Shown here one piece after another: positions 11,217 to 24,810 of a DNA stretch of 42,063 nt. Origin of the DNA: Octopus sinensis (lineage: Eukaryota); the NCBI RefSeq assembly GCF_006345805.1, contig NW_021828046.1:1-42063 (forward strand), read 5' to 3'. The position numbers and the translations under genes were made by a program. Every line of letters begins with the position of its first letter. Within the stretch, counting starts at the first letter, position 1. The notes under the pieces were generated by a model. It worked only from the letters and a program-made list of their open reading frames with translations, was not told where the DNA came from and searched no databases.

Positions 11217-11959
11217 CTTGTTCATGTTGTTTTCATGGCAGCTCTGCAAATTTGCATATATATACCCTTGATATCTGAGAAATCTTGATGAGAAACTCGG
11301 CATAGCCAGCACCAATGCACATTAAGAGTGATACATATGCACACATGCACTGATGTGTGCTGTACAAGCAGACGCAAGGCAAAGCAGATTTGCTGCAACA
11401 TACGTATACATGCATGATATACGTTAATACATATGTATTTTTTCACATACATGCACGCACACACACATATAATATATGCTTATATATGTGTGTGTGTATG
11501 GGTAAGAGAATAAAAAACTATGTGTGTATGGGTGTGTGTGAGTGTATCTAGCAAACAACGTAGATAGACAGAGAAAGAGGGAGGGAGAGACAGACAGAGA
11601 CAGACAGATACATACTTAGACTGACCAACAGACAGACGGTTGAGCAGATAGATAGATAGATAGATAAACAGACAGAGTGATAGATAGATAGATCGACACA
11701 GACAGACAGATAGACAGACAGACAGACAGGTAGGTAGGTAGGTAGACTGTTTGGTAGATAGATATATAGAGAGGGAGAGAGTGAGAGAGAGAGACAGAAA
11801 GAGAGAGATGTATGCATGAGAGCATGTACATATACAAACATGTACAGATGTGTGTATACATATATACGTACATAAACATTTTATGTTTTAATACATGTCA
11901 ATACCCAAATCTACATTCATTTGTCTCCACTCACATAATATATATATATATTAATATAC

Positions 11960-11990
<31 letters not shown>

Positions 11991-12163
11991 TACAAACATA
12001 CACACGTATGTATATATCTGTATGTATCTATGTAGATGTGTGTGTGTATTTGTGTCTGTATATCTGTGTGTGGGGGAGGCATGTGTTTGCATCTGCATAT
12101 GTTTATATGTGTATATGAGTGTGTGTATATACATACACATGTATATATATGTATATATATATA

Positions 12164-12196
<33 letters not shown>

Positions 12197-13017
12197 CATG
12201 CATGTATGTATGTATATAATATATATATATATATATATAATTGACATATACACATACATATATAAACATACACATACATGATGATATATGTATATGCATC
12301 AACATACACACACACATAAGCAGACACATACACAAGCAAACACATGCACACAGACACATACATACACACACAGACACACACACACAGACGCATAACTCCA
12401 AAGCACATACATACATAATACTGGAGGTCATTGGCTTGGAAAGACAAGTAACGACTGTAATAAAAGCTCCAATATTATCCAAGAATTCTTGGTTACTCAG
12501 TCATGGAAACTCTTCCAGCGTTTAGAGAATGGTGAAGCTTCTCTGTAAAATAAATGGCACCAATGTGGCTGTCTCTTTCAGCTCAACAGCATTTCTTGAA
12601 ATGCTTCTGCTGGTTTACTGTTCTTTTATTCTTATTTTACTTATTGGCATTGTTGGAATAGATTTTTGTTATGTTACTCTCTGTGTTTGTTATAGATGCA
12701 AGCATGAACATGTGTGTGTATATATATATACACACACATACACATGGATGCATGTACACATACATGTGCATGCAAATCTGCATACACATGTGCACCTCCC
12801 ACACACACAATGTAAACGTACATGCTTACATACATATACACACATACCTACATACATACATGCTTACATACATATACACACACAGAAAACACATGTGAGC
12901 ACACACAGCATGTATACAAACACATGCACACGCTAATACATACAAACATGTAGACATATATGTACATATATGTGTATGTGTATGTGTATACACTTTGTTT
13001 TTGAAGTACCCAGTGTA

Positions 13018-13026
13018 TATATATAT

Positions 13027-13062
<36 letters not shown>

Positions 13063-13119
13063 GATATATATATATTATACATATATATTACATATATTCA
13101 TATATATATACATACAATA

Positions 13120-13150
<31 letters not shown>

Positions 13151-13400
13151 GCATATATATATACATTATATATTATACATATATATATATATACATATTA
13201 TATATACATATATATATTCATATATATACATGTATATATATATACAATATATATATAATATACATATATATATACATATATATATATAATATACATATAT
13301 ATATATACCTATATATATATATACATATATATATACATATATATTCATATATATATACATGTATATATATATACAATATATATATACATATATATATTAC

Positions 13401-13431
<31 letters not shown>

Positions 13432-13544
13432 CATATATTCTATAACATATATATATACATATATATATTCATATATATATACATTACATATATATATATA
13501 TACATATAATATATATACATATTATATACATAATATATATATAC

Positions 13545-13575
<31 letters not shown>

Positions 13576-13819
13576 CATATATATATACATATATATATTC
13601 ATTATATATACATGTATATATATATACATATATATATATATACATATAGATATACATATTATATATATAACATATATATATATATACATATATATATTTA
13701 CATATCTATATACATATATATATTCAATATATATACATATATATATATATATAATATATAGTATACATATATATATATTCATATATATATACATGTATAT
13801 ATATATATATATATATTAC

Positions 13820-13859
<40 letters not shown>

Positions 13860-13900
13860 ATTTATATATGTATATAGATATAGATATAGATAGATAGATA
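13018..13900. repeat. Long degenerate (TA)n/(TATACA) microsatellite field
   Basis: About 0.9 kb of near-pure A/T with recurring TATTCATATATATACATG interruptions. Similar fields lie at 22.0-23.5, 30.3-30.7 and 35.5-35.9 kb. Confidence 0.9.
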
Positions 13901-14310
13901 TAACATGTTTACTGTATAGCACGATTATATTTAATGTCTGATGTCTTTTGCTGTTTCTTTTAAGTTCTCAGAATACTTTATCAATCAGACAGACATAGGG
14001 GTCCCAAATTCAAGATGGCACCAGACATCATTGTTTCATTGGTTGACTCAACAGTCATGTGAATCCCGTGTCATGGACAGTGCTTCACAACAAAAAAATG
14101 ACATATTCAATAGGCTGTGAGACTATGTTTTAATGAATTGGTAGTAATACTCTGCTGCTTCTTGGAAGGGTCATTATGCCAATAACAAACACATGCACTG
14201 GTTCTATTTCACTGCTTTTAATTATTATTATTATTATTATTCTTATTATTATTATTTTAATTTTTATTATTATTATTATTATTATTTTTATTTTTATTAT
14301 TATTATTATT

Positions 14311-14493
14311 GAGGTGAAATGCCTGGTGATATTTCGTCTGCTGCTAGGTTCTGAGTTCAAATTTCGCCGAGATTGACTTTACCTTTCATCCTTTTAGGGT
14401 CGATAAAATAAGTACCATTTGAACATTGGGGGTTGATAGAATCGACTCATACCCTCCCCCAAAATTGCTACTCTTGTGGAAAAATTTTAAACC

Positions 14494-14526
<33 letters not shown>

Positions 14527-14710
14527 GAGCTGGCAGAGCTTGTTAGCACATCAGGCAAAATACTTAGTTGCATTTCATCTGCTGCTACGTTCTGAGTTCA
14601 AATTCTGCCAAGGTCAACTTTGCCTTTCACGATCAATAAATTAAGGGATTGGTGTAATCGATTGCCCCTCTCCCCACAAAAATCCAGGCCGTGTGCCTAT
14701 AGTAGATAGG
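14311..14710 (+). mobile_element. Two tandem family C SINE copies separated by (TTA)n
   Basis: 14311-14496 and 14527-14710 each contain TTCTGAGTTCAAATT...GCCTTTCA and are flanked by TTA repeats. Confidence 0.8.
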
Positions 14711-14717
14711 ATTATTA

Positions 14718-15463
14718 TTATGACCTCCTCCACCGAAGCGAAGGTGGAAGTATTGTTTTCAGTTGTGTTTGTTTGTCCATGGACAAAATATCTCAAAAAT
14801 TGCTGGATGGATTCAGATGAAACTTTCAGGGATGTTTGGTCTTGTAACTGGCACAGTCTCATTAGATTTTGGGGATCAATCTGGTACCAGACAAGGATTC
14901 TGGATTATTTTATATATTTTCTTTACTTTATATGTATATGTAAAGTTCCACAGAGTTCTCTTGTGCATACACACACATACACTCACACATTTTCAGCATT
15001 GAACATTACCATCCCATTTCCATTGTACACGCACACATGCACATAAACATACCTCACTTTTACACACACATATACTCACATATACTCACCGTTTATCACC
15101 TTTTTCACGCCTTCCTTCTTTATTCATTTGTCACCCTTTCCTTTCTCATTTATACGATGCTCTCTTTGCCACTTCGTTTCGTTTTTCTCATTGTCATTAC
15201 TTTCTCTCACTTCCTCTCAGTCATGGATATTACTCTCACTACCTCGCCTTCACTGTATTAGCATTTCATCTCCTCTCTCTTCACCTCTCACTCAATATAT
15301 ATATATTTGGATTATTTTCCTGTTTGAGAGCGATTGGGTTCATTTTTAATATTCTAGTTTGTGGGAGCATTTGATTTCATTTCAGATGTTCTCATTTTAA
15401 AAATGATTGAGAGGACGTTGGTGCTGCATTGGCAAAGGTTTGCGCTCTCTGAGTGCTCTTGTT
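14718..15463 (+). mobile_element. Helentron-associated (HINE/DINE-1-like) non-autonomous element
   Basis: 5' hairpin CCTCCACC-GAAGCGAA-GGTGGAAG, short GTTT repeat, 3' sub-terminal TTGGCAAAGGT followed by hairpin GCGCTC-TCT-GAGTGC, T-rich ends. Confidence 0.6.
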
Positions 15464-15489
15464 ATTATCATTATTATCATTATTATTAA

Positions 15490-15544
15490 CGCCTTTTGAG
15501 TGGATTTGGTAGACGGAAACTGAAAGAAGTCTGTCATATATAAG

Positions 15545-15585
<41 letters not shown>

Positions 15586-15975
15586 TTGTGTGTACGTTTG
15601 TGTGTCTGTGTTTGTCCCACTAGCATTGCTTGACAACCGATGCTGGTGTGTTTATGTCCCCATCACTTAGCGGTTCGGCAAAAGAGACCGATAGAATAAG
15701 TACTAGGCTTACAAAGAATAAGTCCTGGGGTCGATTTCGTCGATGTTGGGGTGACAAACACAGACACACAAACATATACACACACACATACGTATATATA
15801 TATATATACATGCATACGACGGGCTTCTTTCAGTTTCCATCTACCAAATCTTCTCACAAGGCTGGCCCAAGGCAATAGTAGAAGACACTCACCCAAGGTG
15901 CCATGCAGTGAAACTGAACCTGGAATCATGTAGTTCGTAAGCAAGCTACTTACCACAAAGCCACTCCTATGCCTA
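15490..15975. mobile_element. Inverted pair of family D SINEs (plus 15490-15740, minus 15741-15975)
   Basis: GGATTTGGTAGACGGAAACTGAAAGAAG at ~15501 and its reverse complement at ~15823-15850. Confidence 0.8.
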
Positions 15976-16254
15976 CATCTAGTTAACAACTAAGTAGAAC
16001 TGTTAATCAACTAATTAACAAATAGTTAATCATTTAACTAATTGACTGTTTGATTAATTATTCAGATAATATGTTAATCATCTATATTTGTGAAAGTCCT
16101 TCTGCCATCATTCACAACCTAATCAATGACCCATCCTCCCTGTGTCAGGTCTGCTTCAAGTCTTTTGTTGGCACATAATTTGTGGTGTCTCAGATGTTTC
16201 CTGCTGCCCATAATAAACACACATACTGGTTCTATTCTACTGCTTTTATTATTA

Positions 16255-16602
16255 CTAGCAGTATCACTCGGCGTTGCTCGGGTTTGTTTTGACCCTTTAG
16301 AATTGAATTTTTGAAAAGTAAAAATTTTGCATTATGTAGCTTGTTATTCTCTTGAAGTGAACATTTTTCTGGTTGAAATACTCGGAAAAATCATAAAAAA
16401 TAGGGATTTTCATAGAAAAAAAGCACCTTTTTGATGTAAATAATTTTTGGTGTTAACATGATCCGATGTAAAGAGCAAGCCTTCTTCTATCATACTCTCA
16501 GTTTTGGTCAACTTCTGTCACAGGGTCTTGGAGGAGATAGTGTTAGTTGAAGGCTACCAAACCTGCCATACAAAGACAACTTCAGCTTTATATATAGAGA
16601 GA
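16255..16602 (-). mobile_element. Non-autonomous Helitron
   Basis: The minus strand starts A|TCTCTCTATATATAAAGC and ends with GC-rich hairpin CCCGAGCAACGCCGAG, then GATACTG-CTAG|T. These are canonical TC...CTRR ends at an A-T site. Confidence 0.75.
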
Positions 16603-17129
16603 TTAGTCGACTAGTTTACTATTTAACCAATTAACTGATTGTTTGTTTGATTAATTGTTCGGTTTTGGGACAGTCATGGACGAGCTGAAACAACATATCA
16701 TAGCAATTGTACGTAAGCTTTCCAGATATCAGAAAAAGAACAAATCAGTGTCAACAGAACAGATTGCTTGAGATAGATTAGAGGAGATTTTATCACCAAA
16801 TAAATAGAGTAGAAGAAACTACTGAAGATGAGAAGCCTAATAGAGAAGAAGTGAAGGCAGTGGTTTAGGGGTTAGGGTGTTGGACTCATGATCATAAGAT
16901 TGTGGTTTCCATTCCTGGACCAGGTGACATGTTGTGTTCTTGAACAAAACACTTCATTTCATATTACTTCAGTCCATACTCCAGTGCTAACGTTTCTGCC
17001 AGCTTGCCCCTTCTTTCAGTTTCTATCCACCAAATCCACCCACAAAGATCCCATGCAATGGGATGGGACCCAAGACTACATGATTGGGAATCAATCTTCT
17101 TAACCACACAACCACACCTACAACTATGC

Positions 17130-17398
17130 ACCCTTGTGCCTATCCACACCGGCACCTGTCCATACCTGTGCCTATCCACACCGGCACCTGTCCATACCTA
17201 TTTCTTTATTACCCACAAGGGGCTAAACATAGAGGGGACAAACAAGGACAGACATAGGTATTAAGTCGATTACATTGACCCCAGTGCGTAACTGGTACTT
17301 AATTTATCGACCCCGAAAGGATGAAAGGCGAAGTCGACCTCGGCGGACCTGTCCATACCTGTGCCTCTCCACACCGGCACCTGTCCATACCTGTGCCT
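17130..17398 (+). repeat. 33-bp minisatellite (CCTGTGCCTATCCACACCGGCACCTGTCCATA-type), ~3 units, interrupted by a SINE
   Basis: Units at ~17133, ~17165 and ~17358. Confidence 0.75.
17200..17346 (-). mobile_element. 5'-truncated family C SINE with 14-bp TSD
   Basis: ACCTGTCCATACCT at 17186-17199 and 17347-17360 flanks the copy. Confidence 0.85.
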
Positions 17399-17683
17399 GA
17401 AATATGAATAGAAATCAGCAGAGCAGTTCACGCTTACCAAATCTAACCCCCATTTTTTTCTATTTCTTTTTGTCTTTGACCCTATATATATTTATAAATA
17501 TTCCTTCTATTCACAACTGTATGACTACACCTTAACGAAGAATGACTCGACATCCCATATCTCAGAATTATATTGAAATGAAGAATGATAATTAATGTAT
17601 GTATAAATAATTTTGCAGGATTTGTTGGATGAGAGAAAGAGAGTGAGAGCGATAGAGAGAGAGAGGGTGGGAAGAAAGGATGG

Positions 17684-17715
<32 letters not shown>

Positions 17716-18849
17716 GCAGTTAATTTCTATCCTATACGATACAAAGATATGAAAGGCAAAACATTATCAGTAAACATTGAAGAATTTAATGGAATATCAG
17801 TGAAAATTTGTGAATGGTAACATGTGAGGTAATTAATGAGAATGCAAATTGCTTAACAGCTGGTTGAATAATGATAATATAGCTGGATAATGATAATGTA
17901 GTTTGGACATTAAGCAGAATAAGAATGGTTGGATTCAATTGTTAATATAAGCTATAATTCTTTCTCGCTATTTCTGCCTATAATTTTACATAGCCAATAA
18001 TTTTAAACCTGTTCATACTGTTGTTATTTATATCTATCTAGCTATCTGTTTACCTATCTATCTACCTATCTATCTATCTATGTGACTGATTGTTAGCATA
18101 CCTAACTAACATTTGCTCTCTCTATTACTCCCTCCCTCTCTCTCTCTCTCTCTCATCACATGTATACACATATATATATATATATATACATTTATATATG
18201 TAAATATCTGTATACACATAAATAAATATATATATAGAAAGCTATATACATACATACATACATACATACATACATACATACAAGCATACATATATATATT
18301 TATTAAATTATAGATAAATATACATGTATGCATATATATATGGGTGCGTATGTGTGTGTATACATGTATGTGTGTGTATGCATGAATATATTATCATCAT
18401 TGTTTTAATGTCCACATTTTCATGCTTGCTTGGCTTTTGAGAAAGATTTTCTATGGTTGGATGTCCATCCTGTCACCAATGTACACCCATATTCCCCCAT
18501 GGCCGGACACAATTCCATAGAAAATTGGAAATGAATGGCACTATTTGTATGACAATAATATTCATTTTCAATTACCATGCAATTTGAAAACCTTGCATCA
18601 CATAATCAGAAACACACACACACACACATACACACACTCACACATACACTCACATATACATATATACATACACACATACATACATGCATACATACATACA
18701 CACACTCACATATACATACATACTTACATACATACATACATGCATACATCATACATACATACATACATGTGGGTTGGATGTGGTGCTGAGGAAAGAGAAA
18801 TAACTCTTGAAATGTGCATATACACCCATTGTTCATTTCATAGGTTCAA

Positions 18850-19003
18850 GAGCGGCTGTAGAGTAAGAAGCTTGCTTTCCAACCACATGGTTCCAGGTTC
18901 AGTCTCACTGCATGGCATCTTGAACAAGAGTTTTCTTCTATAGCTTCAGACTAACCAAAACTGTGTGAGTGAATTTGGTAGATGAAAACTGACAGAAGCT
19001 CAT

Positions 19004-19037
<34 letters not shown>

Positions 19038-19255
19038 TCACTGTGTTTGTCCATAACACCATTTGACAATCAGTGTTGGTGTGCATGCATTCCTATAACT
19101 TAGCAGTTCGGCAAAATAAACTGATAGAATAAGAACCAGGCTTCACAAAAAAAGTAAGTAGTGGAGTCATTTCACTCAATCCCAGTAACTTAGCAGTCCA
19201 GCAAAAGAGACTGAGCAAAATAAGTGCTATGGTTGATTTACTTCACTAAACAGTT
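18850..19255 (+). mobile_element. Family D SINE, diverged
   Basis: Aligns with 32455-32870, including the internal (TG)n. Confidence 0.75.
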
Positions 19256-19399
19256 GAAGACCATTTTTAAACATTTTTATTTTTAAACATTTATAAGTTC
19301 CAGAAATTATATTGTTCAAATCATATAATATCATACATGTGGGTGTTATATGTACACAATTTTGAATTCAAGTATGATTCACAGTAATCAGTGGATGGA

Positions 19400-19899
19400 T
19401 ACTTGAATAAAGAATGTGTATTTATTATATCTAGTGGCTGTGGCGAAAGAGGTTGTATGGTGGACCCGTTTGAAAGGGCTAAAGTCAGACACTTTCCTCT
19501 TTGGTCAAGGCCTCATCAACTTTTTCAAGTTTCACTTGAAAAGGAAGATGAGGTTAGAGAGGAGAGTGCTGTCTGATAGCAAGTTTTCTGAAAGGTGGGT
19601 GAATTGTGCACGAATGGCCAGTATAAATGGACCATTTCTGAGGTTTCGCCTGTAATTGAAAAAGGTATTATAAAAGGAGAAAAGGGCTCTCTACCCAACT
19701 TTTGACCAGGCTCCCATGGCTTTTATGGGTTTTTCCACGTGAGACCTTTTCTCTTTTTTGAAGTGTCTCCTCTATTGGGAGTTTTTCGTTGTTATACTGC
19801 TTTTTACTCGTTTTTTTTCACAAACGGACAAAACCTTTTGTAACCTTTCATCCTGTTTTGTCCCTTTATGTTTGTCAGCCCTTGTGGCCAATAAAAAGA

Positions 19900-19900
<1 letters not shown>
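19400..19900 (+). mobile_element. 5'-truncated Tx1/L1-clade LINE 3' end with (TTA)n tail (to ~20040)
   Basis: ORF 19416-19655 (LVAVAKEVVWWTRLKG...FFKFHLKRKMRLERRVL...KFSERW) fits the 'AK..iW..R' C-terminus of Tx1/L1 ORF2. It is followed by a T-rich 3' UTR, AATAAA and a TTA repeat. Confidence 0.7.
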
Positions 19901-19962
<62 letters not shown>

Positions 19963-19979
19963 CATTATTATTATTATTA

Positions 19980-20037
<58 letters not shown>

Positions 20038-20179
20038 TACTACTTTTACATTCATCCTGATCAGATAGGTGGTTAGGATAATGTGGCATGTTGAAATTAT
20101 GAAGTTTGAACTGTTGTTTGTGTAAGCAAGGAGAAAAGGGTTTTCCCACAAAAGTTCAAAATCATCATTGTTGAGTTAT

Positions 20180-20635
20180 GATATTTAACTTTTCTGAAAT
20201 ACAGAGACTACATCTGCCACTTCACCCCTTAGGCTTGCTGGCCTTGGCTATGATGCCCCAGTTTATTTAAGTGTTGTCCATATTACTATTTTTTAGTCTC
20301 TATACATTTTAAACAAATGTGTTGTATATCTTTTATTCCTGTCTCTAAATAAAACCAGGTGCTACATGTATCTTTCTTTCAAAGCATTTCCTGTTATTCT
20401 AAAGTAAGTTTCTAAGATCCCAATCTATGTCAGTGATATTGGCCCAGTAAACCAGTTCTTTTTCCAGACACTTTCTATTCAGAAGACATTTATCATGGAA
20501 ACTACAGTTACAAGGGTTACATAAGGTGTTCCTAATACTATTGTTTTTATTGTGGTCAAAGATCCCCAAAACTATATTGTGAAAGCAACTATAACTCACT
20601 TTAATCATGTTTCTATTAAAGATCTTGTGGCATTG
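20180..20635 (-). mobile_element. Penelope-like element relic (Cys-rich linker + GIY-YIG endonuclease, Neptune-like)
   Basis: The minus strand gives KIFNRNMIKVSYSC..N......HNK...CNC....KCLLNRKCLEKELVY. Frameshifted continuation: YFRITGNALKERY..H...FR, then INWGIIAKA...GRCSLCISEKL. Confidence 0.8.
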
Positions 20636-20728
20636 ATCCTCTCCAACACCAAACCATGTTCCATCTAACCCAAGTCCGCATGCAAAATGCAGACATAAAA
20701 TTGATGATATTGATAATGATGATGATAT

Positions 20729-20765
<37 letters not shown>

Positions 20766-20982
20766 TGTGTGTGTTGTGCTGTGTTTGGTTATAATGGTGT
20801 AAAACAGAACATTATGACAAAACCAAAATTATGTATTTCAATCATAGAAATCAATAATTTAAAAATTAAACCAAAATAAGCACTGAAATCAATATGATCA
20901 GCTGAACAGTTGAATATCGGACATCAAGAAGGGCAACAAACTCCAATAAATGAAACCAATTAAAAAACAACAAAAAAAAAGG

Positions 20983-21281
20983 GCAGCCATGGCTTTGAGG
21001 TTCAGAACATTGCTTTGCAGCCATGTGATTTAGATTTCATTCCCACTGCAAGGTACCTTGGGAAAATGTTCTTTACTATTGCCCCAGTTTGAAAAATGCC
21101 TTGTGAGAAAATTTGTAGAAGATGGAAACTGTGTGGAAACCCATCGTATATATTTATACATTACACATGTACATGCATACATATATATTTACATATATAT
21201 ATATAAATATATGCATATATATCTCTATATGAATGTACATATATATATATATATTTATATACATATATGTATTTTTGTATG

Positions 21282-21316
<35 letters not shown>

Positions 21317-21548
21317 TGTGTGTGTGTGTGTATGTCTATGCATGTGTCATTCTGTTTGTTTTTGTCATTTCAACCACAGCTTAACAATCAATATTGGTTT
21401 GTTTATGTCTCCAGGAATTATAGTGGTTCACCAAAAGTGTCCGATAGGATAAATAAATGAATTATAAAGAACATAGATACTGGGCATGATTTGTTCAACT
21501 AAACCCTTCAAGATGGTGCCCCAGCATGGCCACAGTTCAATGCCTAAA
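20983..21548 (+). mobile_element. Family D SINE, diverged, with expanded internal microsatellite
   Basis: CCCACTGCAAGGTACCTTGGG head and GGTGCCCCAGCATGGCCACAG tail. Confidence 0.7.
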
Positions 21549-21780
21549 GCAAAATTAATGCATACATGCATACATGCCACAATAAGCTTAGACTGCAACA
21601 AAAATAATAAGCCACGTCTTTGTATCCTTCTGGGTCTTCATAGAAATAATGCATGCAAACCACCAAAAACTACACACACATACATACCCTCAAAAAGTAC
21701 AAATCAAACTTAACTTGCTATACCTCATGTTAAGCTAGATTTCCACTCAAAATAAGATTCTTTCTTTCCCGATCTCTCAG

Positions 21781-21949
21781 CTAACAAGTCACCAAGATGC
21801 AGCCTTGACCGTTTCTGACCGAACTAAAGAGAAAGAGCTAGTAGCGATTGTCCCCGACCGTTTCAGTGAAAAGTCTACGACGTCCACTCATGCTGATAGT
21901 GGACACGGCTGGAATGCAGGCAACACTGAACACTATGAAGAGTTACCAG
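21781..21949 (+). CDS. Candidate internal coding exon of an unidentified host gene (169 nt, phase 0 to 1)
   Basis: Acceptor TTCTTTCTTTCCCGATCTCTCAG|, donor CAG|GTATAT. Only one frame is open (LTSHQDAALTVSDRTKEKELVAIVPDRFSEKSTTSTHADSGHGWNAGNTEHYEELP). Non-repetitive, CpG-retaining island with no recognised homology. Confidence 0.35.
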
Positions 21950-23549
21950 GTATATGTTGATACAAAGATTGAGGCTAGTGTTTGTGGAGTAAAGTTTTTT
22001 ATATACATACATATATACATATATACACACATATTTATATGCATATAACACATATATATAAAATAGGTATATATATATATTACATAAATATATGAATGTA
22101 TTATATATTATATGTACATCATATGTACTATGTGTATACATATATATTATACATGTATATGAACTATATATATATATGTATATTATATACATTATACAAT
22201 GTTTCATATATACATATATATATATATATTATGTTGTATATGTGCGTACATATACATATATATAATGTAAATATATATATAGGTATGTGGATGTATATAT
22301 ACATGTACATACATACATATATGTATGCATGTGAGTATATATAATAATGTATATATATAAGAATATATATGTTGATATATATAAATATATATAAATATCT
22401 AAGTATTTATATATAAGTTTTTGTATATACCATATATTCATATATATATGCATATAAATATGAATGTATGTGTATATATACATATGCATATATATATATA
22501 TATATATGTACATGTGTGTGCGCATATATATATGCACATACATATACATATATACACACATGCATTTATATGTATGTATATGAATGCATGTGCACAGACC
22601 CATATATGTTACATGCCTATATACATGCTTATATGTAGTCATACACTTCATTACATATACAGATGTATGTTTATGCTTGTGTATATAACATATGCCCACA
22701 CACCCCCACACACATTGAACATGTATGTGCATTTGTGTATATAATATGCTAGAATCCTTGCAACTGCTCTAAACTTCCCTCGTCTTTCTGTAAGTACAAC
22801 ACTCTTGCCAACGCGTCTTGCGTTCCTCTTGCTTACTTAACACAACAAATAGATCTTAACGTGAATGACACATAACATTTGCCAACTCAGATAATTGCTC
22901 AGAAGAAACTGATTGTTTGTGTGCGTGTGTGTGTGTGTGCGCACGTGTGTGTGTGTGTGTGCGTGCGCGCACGCACGTGTGGATGTGTGTGTGAGTGTGT
23001 ATGTGTGCCTACCAGACTATAACAACATAGATATATATGTGCATGTATATATATATACGTATGTATATATATATATACATATTTATATTTATATATATTT
23101 ATATACATATATACATATATTTATATTTATATATGTATGTATATATACATATATATATATTTACATGTATGTATATATATATATTATACATATATATATA
23201 TTTATGTATATATATATTTGTATATTTATATATATATGTATTTATATACATATATTTATATACATAAATATATATATGTATATATATATTATATAATTAT
23301 ATATATGTACATATACATATATATATTTCTGTATGTATGTGTGTGTGTATTTATATATGTACGCATACAAACATATATTGATATGTACCCATATATATAT
23401 GCATGTATGTATAAAAGATTACAGACATGGAGAGAGAGAAAAAGAGAGAGAAATATATATATAAACGGAGACAGAGACAGTGAAATGTACATAGCTACAC
23501 TTTTTAAAAAAACATTTTGTTTCATTCTTTCCAGCCAATCCTATATCCT

Positions 23550-23603
<54 letters not shown>

Positions 23604-23893
23604 CAGTAGCAGCAGTAGCAGTAGCAGCAGTAGTAATGGCAGTAATAGCAGTAACAGCAGCAGCAATCTAAGCAACAACAACAGAAAGTAACAAATTCAA
23701 AATTTCAGAATCTGTACATTTTGATCTTGTTAACTGGTAATATGGGAAGGTAGTAGCACACACACACATACACATCCATACACACACACACGCACACACA
23801 CACACACACATACACACACACACATGTTATACACACACACACATGTATATAATATATATGTGTGTGTGTATAATATATATATATATATATATA

Positions 23894-23927
<34 letters not shown>

Positions 23928-24176
23928 CTATGTATATATGTATATCTATTTATATATATATATTATATATTATATATATACACAACATATATTCATGTAT
24001 GTATGTAATATGCATGTATTTTATAATTTTGATTTGTGCTTTAAATTTTACGTTTTGGGAATTTTGCATTTCATATCACTTTTTTTTCTCTCTCACAATA
24101 AAATTTGGTGATAAATTATATGAAATATACAAAAATGGGGTAAAATAATAAAATAGCAAACAACAACAACAACAAC

Positions 24177-24211
<35 letters not shown>

Positions 24212-24260
24212 TAGTAGTAGTAATGATAGTAGTAGTAATAATGATGATAGTAATAGTAAT

Positions 24261-24312
<52 letters not shown>

Positions 24313-24629
24313 GTAACAAGAAGAATGATAATGATGATGTATACGCCATCATTTATCAACTATAAAGAAATATATTAACAAGGAAAAACATTTCAAGTGG
24401 CCAGAAATTTTTGCGGAAAAAAAAATTTCAAATAAATAACAGAAAAGAAAATGATTTTCTTTTATATTTTGCTTTTTTTTGTTTTGTTTTGTTTTGTTTT
24501 GTATTTTTGTTTTTAGCCTGTCAAACTATTTATGATTCACATTATTAAAAATTAAAAAATGCAAAGTATAAAGGAGGAGGAGGAGGAGGAGGAGGAAGGG
24601 GAGGGGGAGGAGAAGGAGGGTTGTGGTGT

Positions 24630-24775
24630 AACCCCAGTCATATGACTGGTACTTTATTTCATCAAACCTGAAAGGACAAAAGCAAAGCTGACCTTGGTTA
24701 CATTTGAAATAAGAACATAATGAGTTGAAAGAAATACTTCAATGCAACCCTGCCAGCTCACTCGCTTACTAAAAA

Positions 24776-24810
<35 letters not shown>

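Noticed and set aside
17130-17398. Direct repeats with an intervening sequence resembling a CRISPR array
   Set aside because: This is a tandem minisatellite interrupted by a SINE with a TSD, in a eukaryotic context with no cas genes.
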